Assembly: GCF_902713615.1 (NCBI RefSeq)
Contig: NC_052146.1
Coordinates: 61,457,833-61,521,832, forward strand
Direction: 5' to 3'
Origin: Scyliorhinus canicula
Lineage: Eukaryota
Length of the DNA stretch: 64,000 bases
Both the position numbers and the translations under genes were made by a program. The notes under the pieces are model-generated. The model was not told the DNA's origin. It did no database searches and saw only the letters and a list, made by a program, of their open reading frames with translations. This document shows, in pieces, positions 52,340 to 64,000 of the stretch (within the stretch, counting starts at the first letter, position 1; each line of letters starts with the position of its first letter).

Positions 52340-52951
52340 AGGCTGGATTCTCCGTTCTCCGATGATGATTTCGTAATCGGCGGTCTGGCGGAGAATCCCT
52401 TTTTAATGATGAAATCGGGGGCGGCACCTATCTTCATAGGCTCCGCCAACTCCAAAACGGCATCATCGAGGAACATGCCTCAGGATGTCAGCTGAAGGCC
52501 CTCCCCCGATGCTCCACCCCGATGGGCCGAGTTCCAAACCACGCGGTTGACTCATGGTTTGAGCGGTCGGGAAACCGGCGTGACGGCTGCGGACTGTGTG
52601 CAGTGCCGCCAACAGTCAGGCGGGAGTTGTGCTGCTGCCCGGGTGGTCTGGTGGTGGGGTGGCCCGGGGTAACGAGGGGATGCCCAGGGGAGCACTATCT
52701 GGCAGGTCAGGTCCACGCACGACCGGCACCATGTTCTATGGCGTGACCACTGCAGGTCTTCACTGTGCACATGCGCTGCCACGGACCAGGCAATTCTCCA
52801 GGCGTTTATATCGGGAAGGCCGTATGTTTTATGTGGCGTGGTTGCTAGCCCCTCACCGGTCGGAGGATCGGTGCTGGGACCGCACCGATTTTCCGCACAT
52901 AAAACGCCACAGATTCTCCGGACAGAGCCCCTAAATCGCAGAATCCAGCCC
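52340..52951. mobile_element. GC-rich MITE, PIF/Harbinger-like
   Basis: TIRs (A)GGCTGGATTCTCC / GCAGAATCCAGCCC; internally colinear with 23210-23819; TSD degenerate. Confidence 0.8.
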
Positions 52952-53170
52952 TAGGTTTACGATTCTGTTGCAAGTAGAAGATTTTAATTTATTTTATCCA
53001 AGTCGAATCGTTACAGTGAGATTTTCTGTATCCAATAATTAAGGCCATTTGAGCCTAATGTATGTTTGCCACTATGTACTTGTTGTTGCTACCGACTTGA
53101 GGTAGGGGAGTGTAGAGGTGCTGCAGTTAACCTTGCTGTCCCTGGGTTGGGAGTAGCGGAAACAACTACT

Positions 53171-53356
53171 AATGAAATGAAAATGAAAATCGCTTATTGA
53201 CACGAGAAGGCTTCAAAAATGAAGTTACTGTGAAAAGCCCCTAGTCGCCACATTCCAGCGCCTGTTCGGGGAGGCTGTTATGGGAATCGAACCGTGCTGC
53301 TGGCCTGCTTGGTCTGCTTTCAAAGCCAGCGATTTAGCCCTGTGCTAAACATCCCC
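53171..53356 (-). mobile_element. Short tRNA-derived SINE (family 2)
   Basis: Near-identical to 3368-3553. Confidence 0.88.
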
Positions 53357-53369
53357 TTTGGTATACAGT

Positions 53370-53570
53370 GGGGGTCAGTTAGCTCAGTTGGCTGGACGGC
53401 TGACTCGGAGATGCCAAAGGTGTCGGTTCGATTCCCATACCGGCTGAGGTTATTCTCAAACTTCCCCTCGCCTGAGGTGTGGTGACCCTCAGGTTAAATC
53501 ACCACCAGTCAGCCCTCTCTCAAAGGGGGAGAGTAGCCTATGGTTCTCTGGGATTGTGGCAACATTTATA
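53370..53570 (+). mobile_element. tRNA-Ile-like SINE (family 3)
   Basis: A box ttagctcagttgg, B box ggttcgattcc, body shared with 35128. Confidence 0.8.
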
Positions 53571-53722
53571 TTTATGGTATTCCATGACTTGCCTACCCCT
53601 GCTACTGCTGGAAGTGTGGAAGTGTACATGTGTGGACATCAGGCAGTGGGCAGTGTGAACTCTGGTGTTACATATACCGATAGCTGAAAGCACTTTAACA
53701 TCTGTGATTATGGCGGACACAA

Positions 53723-54075
53723 GGGCAGCACGGTAGCATGGTGGTTAGCATAAATGCTTCACAGCTCCAGGGTCCCAGGTTCGATTCCCGGCTGGGTCAC
53801 TGTCTGTGCGGAGTCTGCACGTCCTCCCCGTGTGTGCGTGGGTTTCCTCCGGGGGCTCCGGTTTCCTTCCACAGTCCAAAGATGTGCGGGTTAGGTGGAT
53901 TGGCCATGCTAAATTGCCCGTAGTGTCCTAAAAAGTAAGGTTAAGGGGGGGGTTGTTGGGTTACGGGTATAGGGTGGATACGTGGGTTTGAGTAGGGTGA
54001 TCATTGCTCGGCGCAACATCGAGGGCCGAAGGGCCTGTTCTGTGCTGTACTGTTCTATGTTCTTCTATGTTCTAT
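53723..54075 (+). mobile_element. Young V-domain SINE (CR1-type tail)
   Basis: Near-identical to 16941 and 20773. Confidence 0.9.
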
Positions 54076-54097
54076 GATTAATGGGCACTTAATAGGA

Positions 54098-54397
54098 ATC
54101 TTTTATTGTCACAAGTAGGCTTACATTAACACTGTAATTAAGTTATTGTGAAAAGTCCCTAGTCGCCACATTCCGGCGCCTGTTCTGGTACACAGAGGGA
54201 GAATTCAGAATGTCCAAATTACCTAACAGCACGCCTTTTGGGACCCGTGGGAGGAAACCGGAGCACCCGTAGGAAACCCACGCAGACGTGGGGAGAATGT
54301 GCAGATTCCACACAGACAGTGACCCAAGCTGGGAATCGAACCTGGGACCCTGGAGCTGTGAAGCAACAGTGCTACCCACTGTGCTACCATGCTGCCC
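54098..54397 (-). mobile_element. V-domain SINE with tail B
   Basis: Reverse complement of the 48112-type copy. Confidence 0.88.
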
Positions 54398-54813
54398 TTG
54401 GGCAAGGTAACCATGCATCTCTGGTTCCTTTAGATTGTGCCCCAGCAAGGGTGCAGTTGGTGGAATACATGAAAAACTAGTTATAAACACGTGCTGTGGT
54501 TAAATATCTATTAGTGCAAAAACTAAATGCTGCCTGACAGCAAATTATTGTCAACAAAGATCAGAAGCTTTGTTTAAAATGGCAAATGAAGAGTTAAGGC
54601 CTTGGACAGCACCAGAGTTGAATGGGAAGTAAAGGTGATGCAGATGAGGTAATAATGTTAAGAGCTCGGGTTTTCAAAGTCTCTGGATTGGAGAAGCATT
54701 CGGAAAATCCAGGAATTAAGAAGTTCTGCTCTATTTTGAGCTTCTGGCACAGGAAATATCTGCAACAAAGCTTGGCTGGTGTAATTCATTCAAACGTTTC
54801 TATCTTTCTACAG

Positions 54814-54981
54814 AGCTCTATGAATAGAATGGCGGTCCAAGCCCTCGAGAAGATGGAGACAAGAAAATTCAAATCAAAAAGCAAAGTTCCTCGAGAAGGC
54901 AGCTGTGGTGCTTCAGACACGATTAGTAGCAGCTCCACCTCAGACTGTGCTATCTGCTTGGAGAGATACGTTGATGGAGAG
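54814..54981 (+). CDS. ZNRF3: ZNRF3 exon, linker and first half of RING-H2 ([19 protein letters not shown]...[13 protein letters not shown])
   Basis: Acceptor tttctacag|AGC and donor GAG|gtggag (weak); 168 nt, phase 0-0; lies within ORF 54622..55005. Confidence 0.95.
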
Positions 54982-56424
54982 GTGGAGAAAGTTTCTCTTA
55001 TTTAAAATAGTTTTTTGTTTGATTCAGACAGTTTGAGAAATGCTGGCTTCATTACATTTGGTGTCATCACGCTGTGCTCCCTTGTGATTCAGGGGTCTGT
55101 ATATGTTCATAGGCCCACGGTGCCACATTCACAGAGGCACTGCCATCCGATGTCTAACAGCAATGCTTTAGTCCTGATCACATGGTGAGATCTGAGAAAC
55201 AGATTTGATGGCGGCTGTTGTACCTGTGTAAAATGGTGTGATTATCAAACTTCTGGGAACCACAAGACAGGAGCTTGATTAGCATCAGGATCTTTCAAAG
55301 GGAAAATTGTGTGGACTTTTCCTTTTGATCAAAATGTAGCAACTATGGAAGTTCTTAATTTTCAGTTAGTTTGCCAGAAAATTCTAGAATTTAAAGAGGA
55401 CCCAAGTTTTTTTATATATAGAAAATAACTTTATAAACTGTTCATGTGAATCAAGGTCCAGTATCAATTGTGCCGAGCTTTACCTGCTATTTATCTGACG
55501 TGAGTGTGAGTCCCAAGGAACAATGGCAATACTGCATTGCATTGCTGTTGATGGTACACTTGGACTTCATGCCATGACATTGAAAGCAGTATAATTTGAC
55601 AATCAATATTCTGTCCTCAGTTGCTACACATGCTCACAAGTCAGTGCAGCCTGTGCGGAAGGTTTTCCATCTTGGGTCAATGTTAGGCATATAGCCCTAC
55701 CAATCGGGGAATGATCATGTGACGGGGCTGCAGCAGAATTATGGGTTGGAAGGCCAAAAAGAGATGAATAGAACAAATTATAGAAATCAAAGAGGACCAG
55801 GTGAGGATCTCCAGCTATTTTACTTTCACGGCATACAGCTGTGGGAAATGCATTCACTGAAACCTCTGAACTCAAAATGAAACCTTCGGCCTGCAGATCA
55901 GCTGGCAGCTTTTAAACAAAGAGTAAACAAGGGACAGAAACACATGGAGGGGAGGACACCCAGCGGGGTGTGCAGCTAAGATCACTTGCATGCGAGCTAT
56001 GGTCCGTGACCTAGAAAGTAGGCTGTACAATAGTTTTATGAGCTATTGAGTAGTGTAAGGTGCTTGCTATATCGTCTCATTGTGGAAAGGGGTGGCGGCA
56101 TCAGGAACAGAGTTTGTTATCTTTTGTGTTAACTTTTGTTTGCCTGGTTGGGAGGATTGAAGTCAGCCAGGATGCAATTCTAACTTCCTCCATTCTTTGG
56201 GTACTTATCAGTTCCATTTCCTTGCCCTGAAACATAATTTGATTTGATCCTGGAAGATTTCCTTTTATGAGAATTATTTAATGGTGACATTTTTTACTCC
56301 AGATTTCCAGGAAGCCAAAAAATGTATTCCATTCGTATTTCTCCACAAGTACTTTCTCAAGTCATGAATGTGATAAGAAGCACTTTAATATTGTACCTCC
56401 AGTTATCTTTCTTAAATTCCATGA

Positions 56425-56975
56425 TCATAAGACCAGAAATTGGAGCAGAAGTAGGCCATTTGGCTAATCAAGTCTGCTCCGCCATTTAATGAGATCATAT
56501 CTGATCTGATAATCCTCAACTTCACTTATCCTCACAACGCTTGATTCCCGTACTGATTCAGTCTCTTTCAGCCTTGACCATACTGAACGACCCAGCCCCT
56601 ACAGCCCTCAGCTGGAAAGAATTTCACAGATTCTCCACCCTCTAAGAGATGAAATGCCTTCTCATCTCCTGTCCTAAATGGGCGACCCCTTACTCTGAGA
56701 TGACATCCTCTGGTCCTAGACTCTCCCACAAGAGGAAACATCCTCTCAGCATCTACCCTGTCAAGACCTCTGAGAATCATGTTTGCCTCAATTTGGTCAC
56801 CCCTCATTCTTCTAAACTCCAAAGAGTGCAGGCCCAACTTACTCAACCTCCCCGCATAAGAAAATCCCCCCATACCTGGGATCAACCTAATGAACCTTCT
56901 CTCGACTGCCTTCAATGCCAGTATATCTTTCCTTAGTTAAGGGGACCAAAGCTGTCCATAGTTTCATAATTGTGG
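56425..56975 (-). mobile_element. CR1 LINE 3' fragment
   Basis: ORF 56568..56915 RRFIRLIPGMGGFSYAGRLSKLGLHSLEFRRMRGD. Confidence 0.88.
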
Positions 56976-57084
56976 TCATTGCATGGACATAGGTTCCCAT
57001 CTTTCTTCATTGGTCAAACATCGGCACTTTTTGGCACTTTAAATTTTATGTTTTAAAACATCTCCTGGCCTCTTTTGTAAATGA

Positions 57085-57267
<183 letters not shown>

Positions 57268-58479
57268 TGACTGTCTCTCAATTTGAGCCTGGAATTTCTA
57301 ACAGTAAAATAAAGAAAGCAAGAGGCCAAAAACTGACAGGAGGGGAAACCCGGCAACAGTGACAGGGTCTGTCTACGAAGAACTTCCTCCCTCTGATCCT
57401 GGCAGGAATTCTGGAGTGAGGAACGAGGTACACTTTAGATTCAATGATCTGGTAGGCATTTGCAGTTCCGAGGGGGTGCTCAGCAAGGCAGACAGACTGG
57501 AAAATGTGGCTTTGTGTGGTAGAGTCGGTTTAGGAGGGTGGGTGTTGTTTGGTAACCATGCAGCATCTCACCTTTTGGGGATGCAGAATTGACCAGGGAA
57601 CCTCAGGCTACCTAGTCTGACCAGACATAACAGTGACCAAGGATCTGGCTCAGTGTTAATAGACCCAAGGACACTCCCAGACTAGAATTTACACTGGTGA
57701 CCTTGTTTTGGGCGGATGAAGGCTCCACATCTCACGTGTCATCAAGAACTCTCGACAATGGGCAGTGACCCAGTATTTCAAACGGTGGGATTTTCCAACC
57801 TCGCCCACCCATGGGATCTTCTGGTCCTGCCACAAGTCAATGGGCTAACTGGGCCACCGAATCACCCATAGCTGGTCCCACCACAGCGGAGCCAGAAAAT
57901 CCCGGCCAATGTGTGCCCCTTCAGCTCGAGTTAAAGTGGAAGGTAACAGAGCAGAGGAGCACCTGAGTATTTAACACCATGCATTGGAAATGCTTCAAGC
58001 AAAATCATCCTTGCACACACAAAAAAGAACACCAGAAAGTACATTGTTAGAATGCTGCTGGTTAACCACAGACAGGCAGGAAATACCTCTCCCGTTAAAA
58101 GTCCTAATTCTACTAAACACCGTACACATCATCTAGTTTAAAACAAAGTAACAGTACAGACTCATAACTGGTGATTCAGCGCAATTTACATGTCTGCTTT
58201 ATTCACTTGTACACATGAGACCGAGATTAGGCTACAATTGGGCAACCTTTCTAGTGCCACATCCGAATGCTATCCCTGATCCTTCACTGTTTCCTACATG
58301 CCAGCTTTCCGTTCTCTGGTACCTATTCTTCAACACAGTAGACACAAAAGTATCACAAATATTTAATTTGTTCCAAATGACAAAAGGAGAGTTTGCGCTG
58401 GGCCTGACCTGGCCAGTTCATAAAGTTCCAAGAACCTCACCGAGATTCAATCAGTGACAAATGTGGTCAATAAATTGGA

Positions 58480-58708
58480 ATTATTTATTTATTAAATTTA
58501 GATTACCCAATTATTTTTTCCAATTAAGGGGCACTTTAACGTGGCCAATCCACCTAGCCTACACATCTTTGGGTTGTGGGGGCGAAACCCACGCAGACAT
58601 GGGGAGAATGTGCAAACTCCACACGGACAGTGACCCAGAGCCAGGATCGAACCTGGGACCTCAGCGCCGTGAGGCAGCTGTACTCACCACTAGGCCACTG
58701 TGCTGTCC
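58480..58708 (-). mobile_element. V-domain SINE with tail C
   Basis: Same organisation as 41113-41335. Confidence 0.8.
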
Positions 58709-59511
58709 AAAATTGGAATTATTTTGACCAGTTTTCCAGAGAAAGGTTTTGAGAAAAGAGCGAATTTGAAGTGTGAGGTTGGACTTTCATCCATGAGGTG
58801 AGTAGCGGAAGGCGTGAAAATTTTCATGAAATCACGTCCTTGTGGGCATTTTCTACCATGAGTGCACGGTGGGTGCAGAGCGGAGTTGGACCAGCTGACC
58901 TGGGAAAAAGTTTGGAGGCAGCCACAGGGACTAGCAGATGCGGAAGTGGGCTGAGGAAAAAGTTATCAATGAAGGACTTTTAAAAAAAATCTTTGTTTAC
59001 ACATCCACTGACAATATAGGGTATAATGATTCTATTTTGTTCTAGCATAGGGGTTGTTATGGGACCATAGCTTGGTATCCCAATTAAAGAAAAAAATAGG
59101 TCCTCAGCCTTCACCCCATCATCCAACGCCAAAAGTGTTGGTCATCCTGGCTATTTAAACTATCACGAGTTGAAACTGCTAGCACTTGACACCTCTTCCC
59201 CCTCTAAATAAACATTATGAAAGTCATAGCAGAAATTGAAGAGCCAGAGTTATAATTAAGCAACGCTTTCTCTGGAACCCGGGTGCTTCAAAACACTAAT
59301 GGATTTCTGGGATCTCTTCGCTGAGAGCCCAAATATAGAGCTCCAAAACACCAGAATCCAGAAAGAAAAACATTGTTTTATTGACAACCATGATCTCTTT
59401 AATCTCTTCTATCAATTTCACAAATTTTATTTACGCAGGTTAAAGAGGTTTCAAGTGCTTGTAGTTTCTTCTTTTGATAATTCAAATGGATCTGCATGAT
59501 TGACATTTTTA

Positions 59512-59860
59512 TTTCATAGAATCATAGAATTTACAGTGCAGAAGGAGGCCATTTAACCCATCAAGTCTGTACCGGCTCTTGGAAAGAGCACCCTGCCCAG
59601 GCCCACACCTCCACCCTATCCCTGTAACCCAGTAACCCCACCCAACCTTATTGCACACTAAGGACAATTTAGCATGGCCAATCCACCTAATGTGCATATC
59701 TTTGGACTATGGGAGGAAACTGGAGCACCCGGAGGAAACCCACGCAGGCACAGGGAGAAAGTGCAGACTCTGCACAGTGACCCAAGCCGGGAATCAAACC
59801 TGGGACCATGGACCTGTGAAGCAACTGTGTTAACCACTGTGCTCATCACTGTGCTACCGT
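59512..59860 (-). mobile_element. V-domain SINE (CR1-type tail)
   Basis: Full head, core and tail on the minus strand. Confidence 0.88.
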
Positions 59861-60410
59861 AGGAAAAATGAGGAGATATAGCGGGGTATTTGGGGCAAGG
59901 GGCACATCTTACATGGGAGGCATGAGGAGGACTTATTGAACTTGCAAAAGGTGTCCTCATGCAGACTTTAGTGCATGACACCTCTGAGGAACAGTGATCC
60001 ACATCATTTTGTAAACCTAGCTCGACTCTATGATAATTTTGGGGGACTAGGGTATGCATATCATTGCAATGCGTCTGGTCAGTTTGGCAATGCAAGGTGC
60101 GGACGCACGACATGAACCAGCCCGCACCCTTAAAGGGCACTCCCAAAAATTAGAAACCCCAGGTGTGAGATCGGTAATCTGGAATGTGGTTCCAGCTGCC
60201 ATTTTAAACGGCTCTCAAGTCATTCCAACTCAGTGAAAATCTAGCCAATAAAGCACTTGGACAAATAAGGAATTTATGCTGCCGGTATATTTCCCAACAA
60301 CCAATTGAGTTGTTTACCTCAGCAATCATCCGATGTCTCAGGTTCATTGTATTGGAAAGTTTTGGTTCATTATAGATCATGAAAGTTACATATAAAATAG
60401 CCGAGACTGG

Positions 60411-60641
60411 GGCCTGGATTGTCAAATCCGCCCCCGAGAATTAGTTTCCCGCAGCAAATAAGGCCCACCATTGGCTGATCTTGATGAAAGTCTCTGGGCG
60501 GGACACACCCACCCCTCCCCAAATCCCCCCCCCTCCACAAAGCCCCCCCCTCCACAAAGCCCCCCCCCCCCCCCCCAAAGCCCCCTCCACTGTCTTCAGC
60601 GTTTTGCATGGCTCATTCATATTGTGGGTGTGGACCCCACT

Positions 60642-60672
<31 letters not shown>

Positions 60673-60723
60673 GTTTGTCTGCTGTGAGATCCGCCGTTGG
60701 GACGGGACCAGGAAATCCCACCC
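60411..60723. mobile_element. Degenerate Harbinger-like MITE with internal C-rich and (TG)n/poly-G repeats
   Basis: Degenerate TIRs GGCCTGGATTGTC / GGAAATCCCACCC. Confidence 0.45.
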
Positions 60724-60884
60724 CAGAGCTCCATATGAGCAGTCAGGTCTATAAAGGGCTGTGATGTCAGATTTTAATGCTGAAATTTGCCCATACAAGC
60801 TTTGGCCAACTTCAGAAGGCTTGCCCAAATTCCATGTCCGCTGGATTGTTGTCACTGTTGTAATTCCTAAATGCGGCGGGCTAT

Positions 60885-61148
60885 AGGAAGGCAAATGCAA
60901 TGTTAGCATTCATGTCGAGACGGCTAGAATACAAGAGCAGGAATGTATTTCTGAGGCTGTATAAGGCTCTGGTCAGATCCCATTTGGAATATTGTGATCA
61001 GATTTGGGCCCTGTATCTAAGGAAGGATGTGCTGGCCTTGGAGATGGTCCAGAGGAGGTTCACAAGAATGATCCTTGGAATGAAGAGCTTGTCATATGAG
61101 GAACTGAGTGGCCTATTTCTGCTCCTATGTCTCTTGGTCTTATGGTCT
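60885..61148 (+). mobile_element. CR1 3' fragment with an internal deletion
   Basis: ORF 60900..61151 LYKALVRSHLEYC...RKDVLALEMVQRRFTRMI jumps directly to the tail. Confidence 0.85.
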
Positions 61149-61149
61149 T

Positions 61150-61375
61150 AAGTGGGACAGGTTTAGTGGTGTTGCTTCAGGGGTATATTTTGGACAGGAT
61201 ACTGGGCTTTGATTTAATGTCTCAACTGAAAGACAACAGCTCCAACAGTGCAGCACGCCCTCCATACTATATTGAAGTGTCTGACTGAATGACGTTTTAT
61301 ACACCAGGTACAGTGTGGGGGTGCAGGAGGAAGTGAGGGCTGAGTCCGATATTCTGCACCCACTACCTGCGACAT
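61150..61375 (-). mobile_element. Ancient Deu-domain SINE (SacSINE1/AmnSINE1-like) fragment
   Basis: Minus strand gagggcgtgctgcactgttggagctgttgtctttcagttgagacattaaatcaaagccc matches my recollection of the Deu core; boundaries approximate. Confidence 0.65.
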
Positions 61376-61888
61376 TATGCCCACACATGACGAAGAGGAG
61401 AGATATTTGTCCATGACACACACAATATTAGCACCAGGGAAATGGATCATTGTCATCCTATAGTTAGGAGTTCCCATTGAGTCAAAGGGCAGGGTTGCTG
61501 GCCGTACTCATAGCTGGGATTGTCCGGCGCTGCCACATGTCAATGGACCATAGCGGGTCCTGCTACGGCAGGGCTGGTAAATCTACACCATAGATTCATT
61601 TAGAGCATACAGGGAAGCTATTCAGCCAATCCTGACCAGCAGAAGCTGTAAGGAACCCAAAAGACACTTCTCCCTGACCACCACTCCCAAAATATATATA
61701 TTTTTAAAATCATCACAAGCACAACCTGCAGGAAATACAATCTGTGTCTGAACGGCAATATTAAAGCAGAGACACAACTGACAAAAGAAAGCCATGCACT
61801 AGGTCGTACCAGCTTAGGTAGTGGAGGTTCAACCCTGTACTGATTTCTGCCTTGTGAAACATTACTGACGCCTCCTTTCTCTCCGCAG

Positions 61889-63577
61889 AGCGAAAGAAAG
61901 AAAGCAGTGGCCCCATCTGCGTAGAGGCCGACAGCCAAGGACGCAACCGACAACGGGTGGTGCTTCCTGTCCACTATCCCGGGCGTGTTCACAGGACCAG
62001 CCAACTGACTACGTATCCAACCAGGACGAGTATGGACCCACGTGGGAATCCCGTCACTGTGCTCACTGTGGACCAGCACAATGAGCAGGGACTGTACCCC
62101 GCACAGCCAAGTGCCTATGTCAGGAGTTACCCACCTGTTCACAGTTTGACTGCCCACCATTGTAATTTAGAACATCAGGCCTACCCGCAGACTCATAACT
62201 TCAGGAGGCCTAAATTTAGTGGGCGAAACTATCCAAGGGCTACTTGTTTTTCTCAGTACGAAACTATGTATCAACATTATTACATTCAAGGACTAAGCTA
62301 CCCACAGACAGAGTCCCAGACAGGGATTATTAATCATAAGGGGCCCTCCCGTCCATTTCAGTCCAACGGGAGCATGCTATATCCCACAGTGGTTCACATC
62401 CCCCCGTCCTCCCATCTGGATGGAGCCAGCACCTCGAGCTTCAGCTGTTACCATGGTCACCGGTCGGTGTGCAGTGGTTACCTGGCTGACTGCCCTGGCA
62501 GTGACAGCAGTAGCAGCAGCAGCAGCTCGGGCCAGTGCCACTGCTCCTCCAGCGACTCCATGCTGGACTGCACCGAGGTCAGTAACCAGGGCGTCTATGG
62601 CAGCTGCTCAACCTTCCGCAGCTCCCTGAGCAGCGACTACGATCCTTATATCTACCGGAGCCGGAGCCCCTGCAGAACCGGCGAGTCGGGCTTGGGGCGG
62701 GGTGCGGGCCTGCCGATGGTGGGACCGCAGGAGGATGAGCTTCCGGCGTACCGCTGCACCTCTTCCGGTGGTGACAGCAGGCTGCTGCCGGCCCCACCCC
62801 CAGGGGACCAACTTTCAGACTGTAGCATGGACATGAACTATAGCAGCAATTCCTCACTGGAGTACAGGGATTCGAATGCTACTACCTCAGAAGGTAGGCC
62901 TGAGTGCCCTTCTGGGTCTACTGTAGACAGTAACAGCTGGAGTGGACGTGAGTCAGCGGGGCCAGCAGAAGCAGTGCCTGAGCAGGCTTGTGCCTGTTGC
63001 TTCGAAATCCATCCCTTGGACTGCAAAGAGGCTGATGACAGCAAAACGGACAGTCACTTTTCATTGTTGAATGTGCCCTGTTGTAACAAGTGTGGGAGAG
63101 CTGCTGACTCTCGGACTGCGCCGCAGATATTATACAGTATTAATGCAGGCTCCCTCTGTCGAACCAGTGCGGGAAAATACGAGGGCCTGTCCTGCTGCTT
63201 TTATGAGGAGAAACAGGTTCATCACGGCAGCAGCTGTTTCATTGAGGACTACGCAGTGAGCGTGCAGTACACCCTGGCCGACGAGGCTCTTCACAACTGC
63301 TTGCAGGACCCCGCTACCCCCGGTTGCTGCGAGCTGAGCCAGCGCATCCCCATCATCCCCGAGGACACGGACAGCGACCTGGCCGTGGCGGAAGACTGTG
63401 AGGCCACCAGGCTGTGCGGGCCGGAGGCTGCACCTTCAGAGCAGGAGGGCACGGAACAGGAGTGGAGGGGGCAAGTTGTTTGCCCGTCACCTTTCAGCAG
63501 CCCCCCGGAGCAAACGGATGCATTTCAGGACATTTGCTCCGGGATGCACGAGTCCATCATGAAACGTAACTCGGCAG
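61889..63577 (+). CDS. ZNRF3: ZNRF3 large cytoplasmic-tail exon (ERKKESSGPIC...YETMYQHYY...SGYLADCPGSDSSS...YEGLSCCFYEE...QRIPIIPED...KRNSA)
   Basis: Branch-like tactgac, pyrimidine tract, ccgcag|AG and donor G|gtaaga; 1689 nt, phase 1-1; in frame with the previous exon and with ORF 61957..63612; conserved ZNRF3 motifs present. Confidence 0.95.
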
Positions 63578-64000
63578 GTAAGACCACATTCACACACGGC
63601 CCCTTTATGTAGAGTTGATTGGCAGGGGGTGCATGGAGGACAGGATGCTGGATTTTCACAGAGTCAGACTAACTCCAGAGGCAATTGCAAATAGAAGTGG
63701 GGGGGGGGGCGGGGGGAGATCCCAGATCCCAGTCCCATTTCTGGAAGGAGTGGGGTTGGGGAGAGGCCCACATGTGGAGAATCCAATCTCAGCAGGGCCA
63801 ATCTGAAATTAATGCTGAGTTCAAACAGGTCACATTTTCCCTGTTCCATGGGCCTTCCCCTGAAACGTGGAAGTCACAAATTAATGGAGGAGGTGTCAAT
63901 GCTCATGAAGGATAGATAATTTATATCAATGATTTCAGCTTTGGAATTGAAAATACAGAGCAGAATTTTACGGGCCCATGCAGGCAGGATTGCAGGGGTG

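Noticed and set aside
20578-55793. Scattered single TCF/LEF cores (TTCAAAG/ATCAAAG)
   Set aside because: The frequency is compatible with chance for a degenerate 7-mer.
63578-63612. ORF 61957..63612 ending GKTTFTHGPFM* as the true ZNRF3 C-terminus
   Set aside because: There is a strong donor G|gtaaga at 63578 and no AATAAA/ATTAAA seen downstream in the window; the tail is most likely intron read-through. The ORF's GTG start is also internal to the exon.

Overview
Vertebrate genomic DNA, most likely from a shark or other elasmobranch (inferred from the V-domain/HE1-type SINE, CR1, L1 and Penelope repeat content). The only host gene is ZNRF3, the transmembrane RING-H2 E3 ligase that antagonises Wnt signalling and binds R-spondin, on the + strand. 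Six coding exons are present: 11075-11149, 31118-31249, 50013-50123, 54814-54981, 57103-57205 and 61889-63577. All have AG/GT boundaries and splice into one frame of 2278 nt. The 5' exons and the last exon were not found and presumably lie outside the window. The introns are densely filled with nested transposable elements: two L1-clade LINEs, several CR1/L2 LINEs (one very young), about 25 tRNA-derived SINEs built from exchangeable heads and tails, a solo LTR, three hAT elements, Penelope fragments with decayed hammerhead cores, and a family of GC-rich MITEs with 3-bp TSDs plus a decayed Myb/SANT-like remnant pointing to PIF/Harbinger. I found no prokaryotic features. The most notable signals are the Harbinger-like MITE family with a semi-palindromic target preference and NRF1/CRE cargo, SINE module shuffling, and splice-level features of ZNRF3. 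I did not find a clearly novel protein-coding system. Most repeat boundaries were read by eye and are approximate unless a TSD or TIR is quoted.
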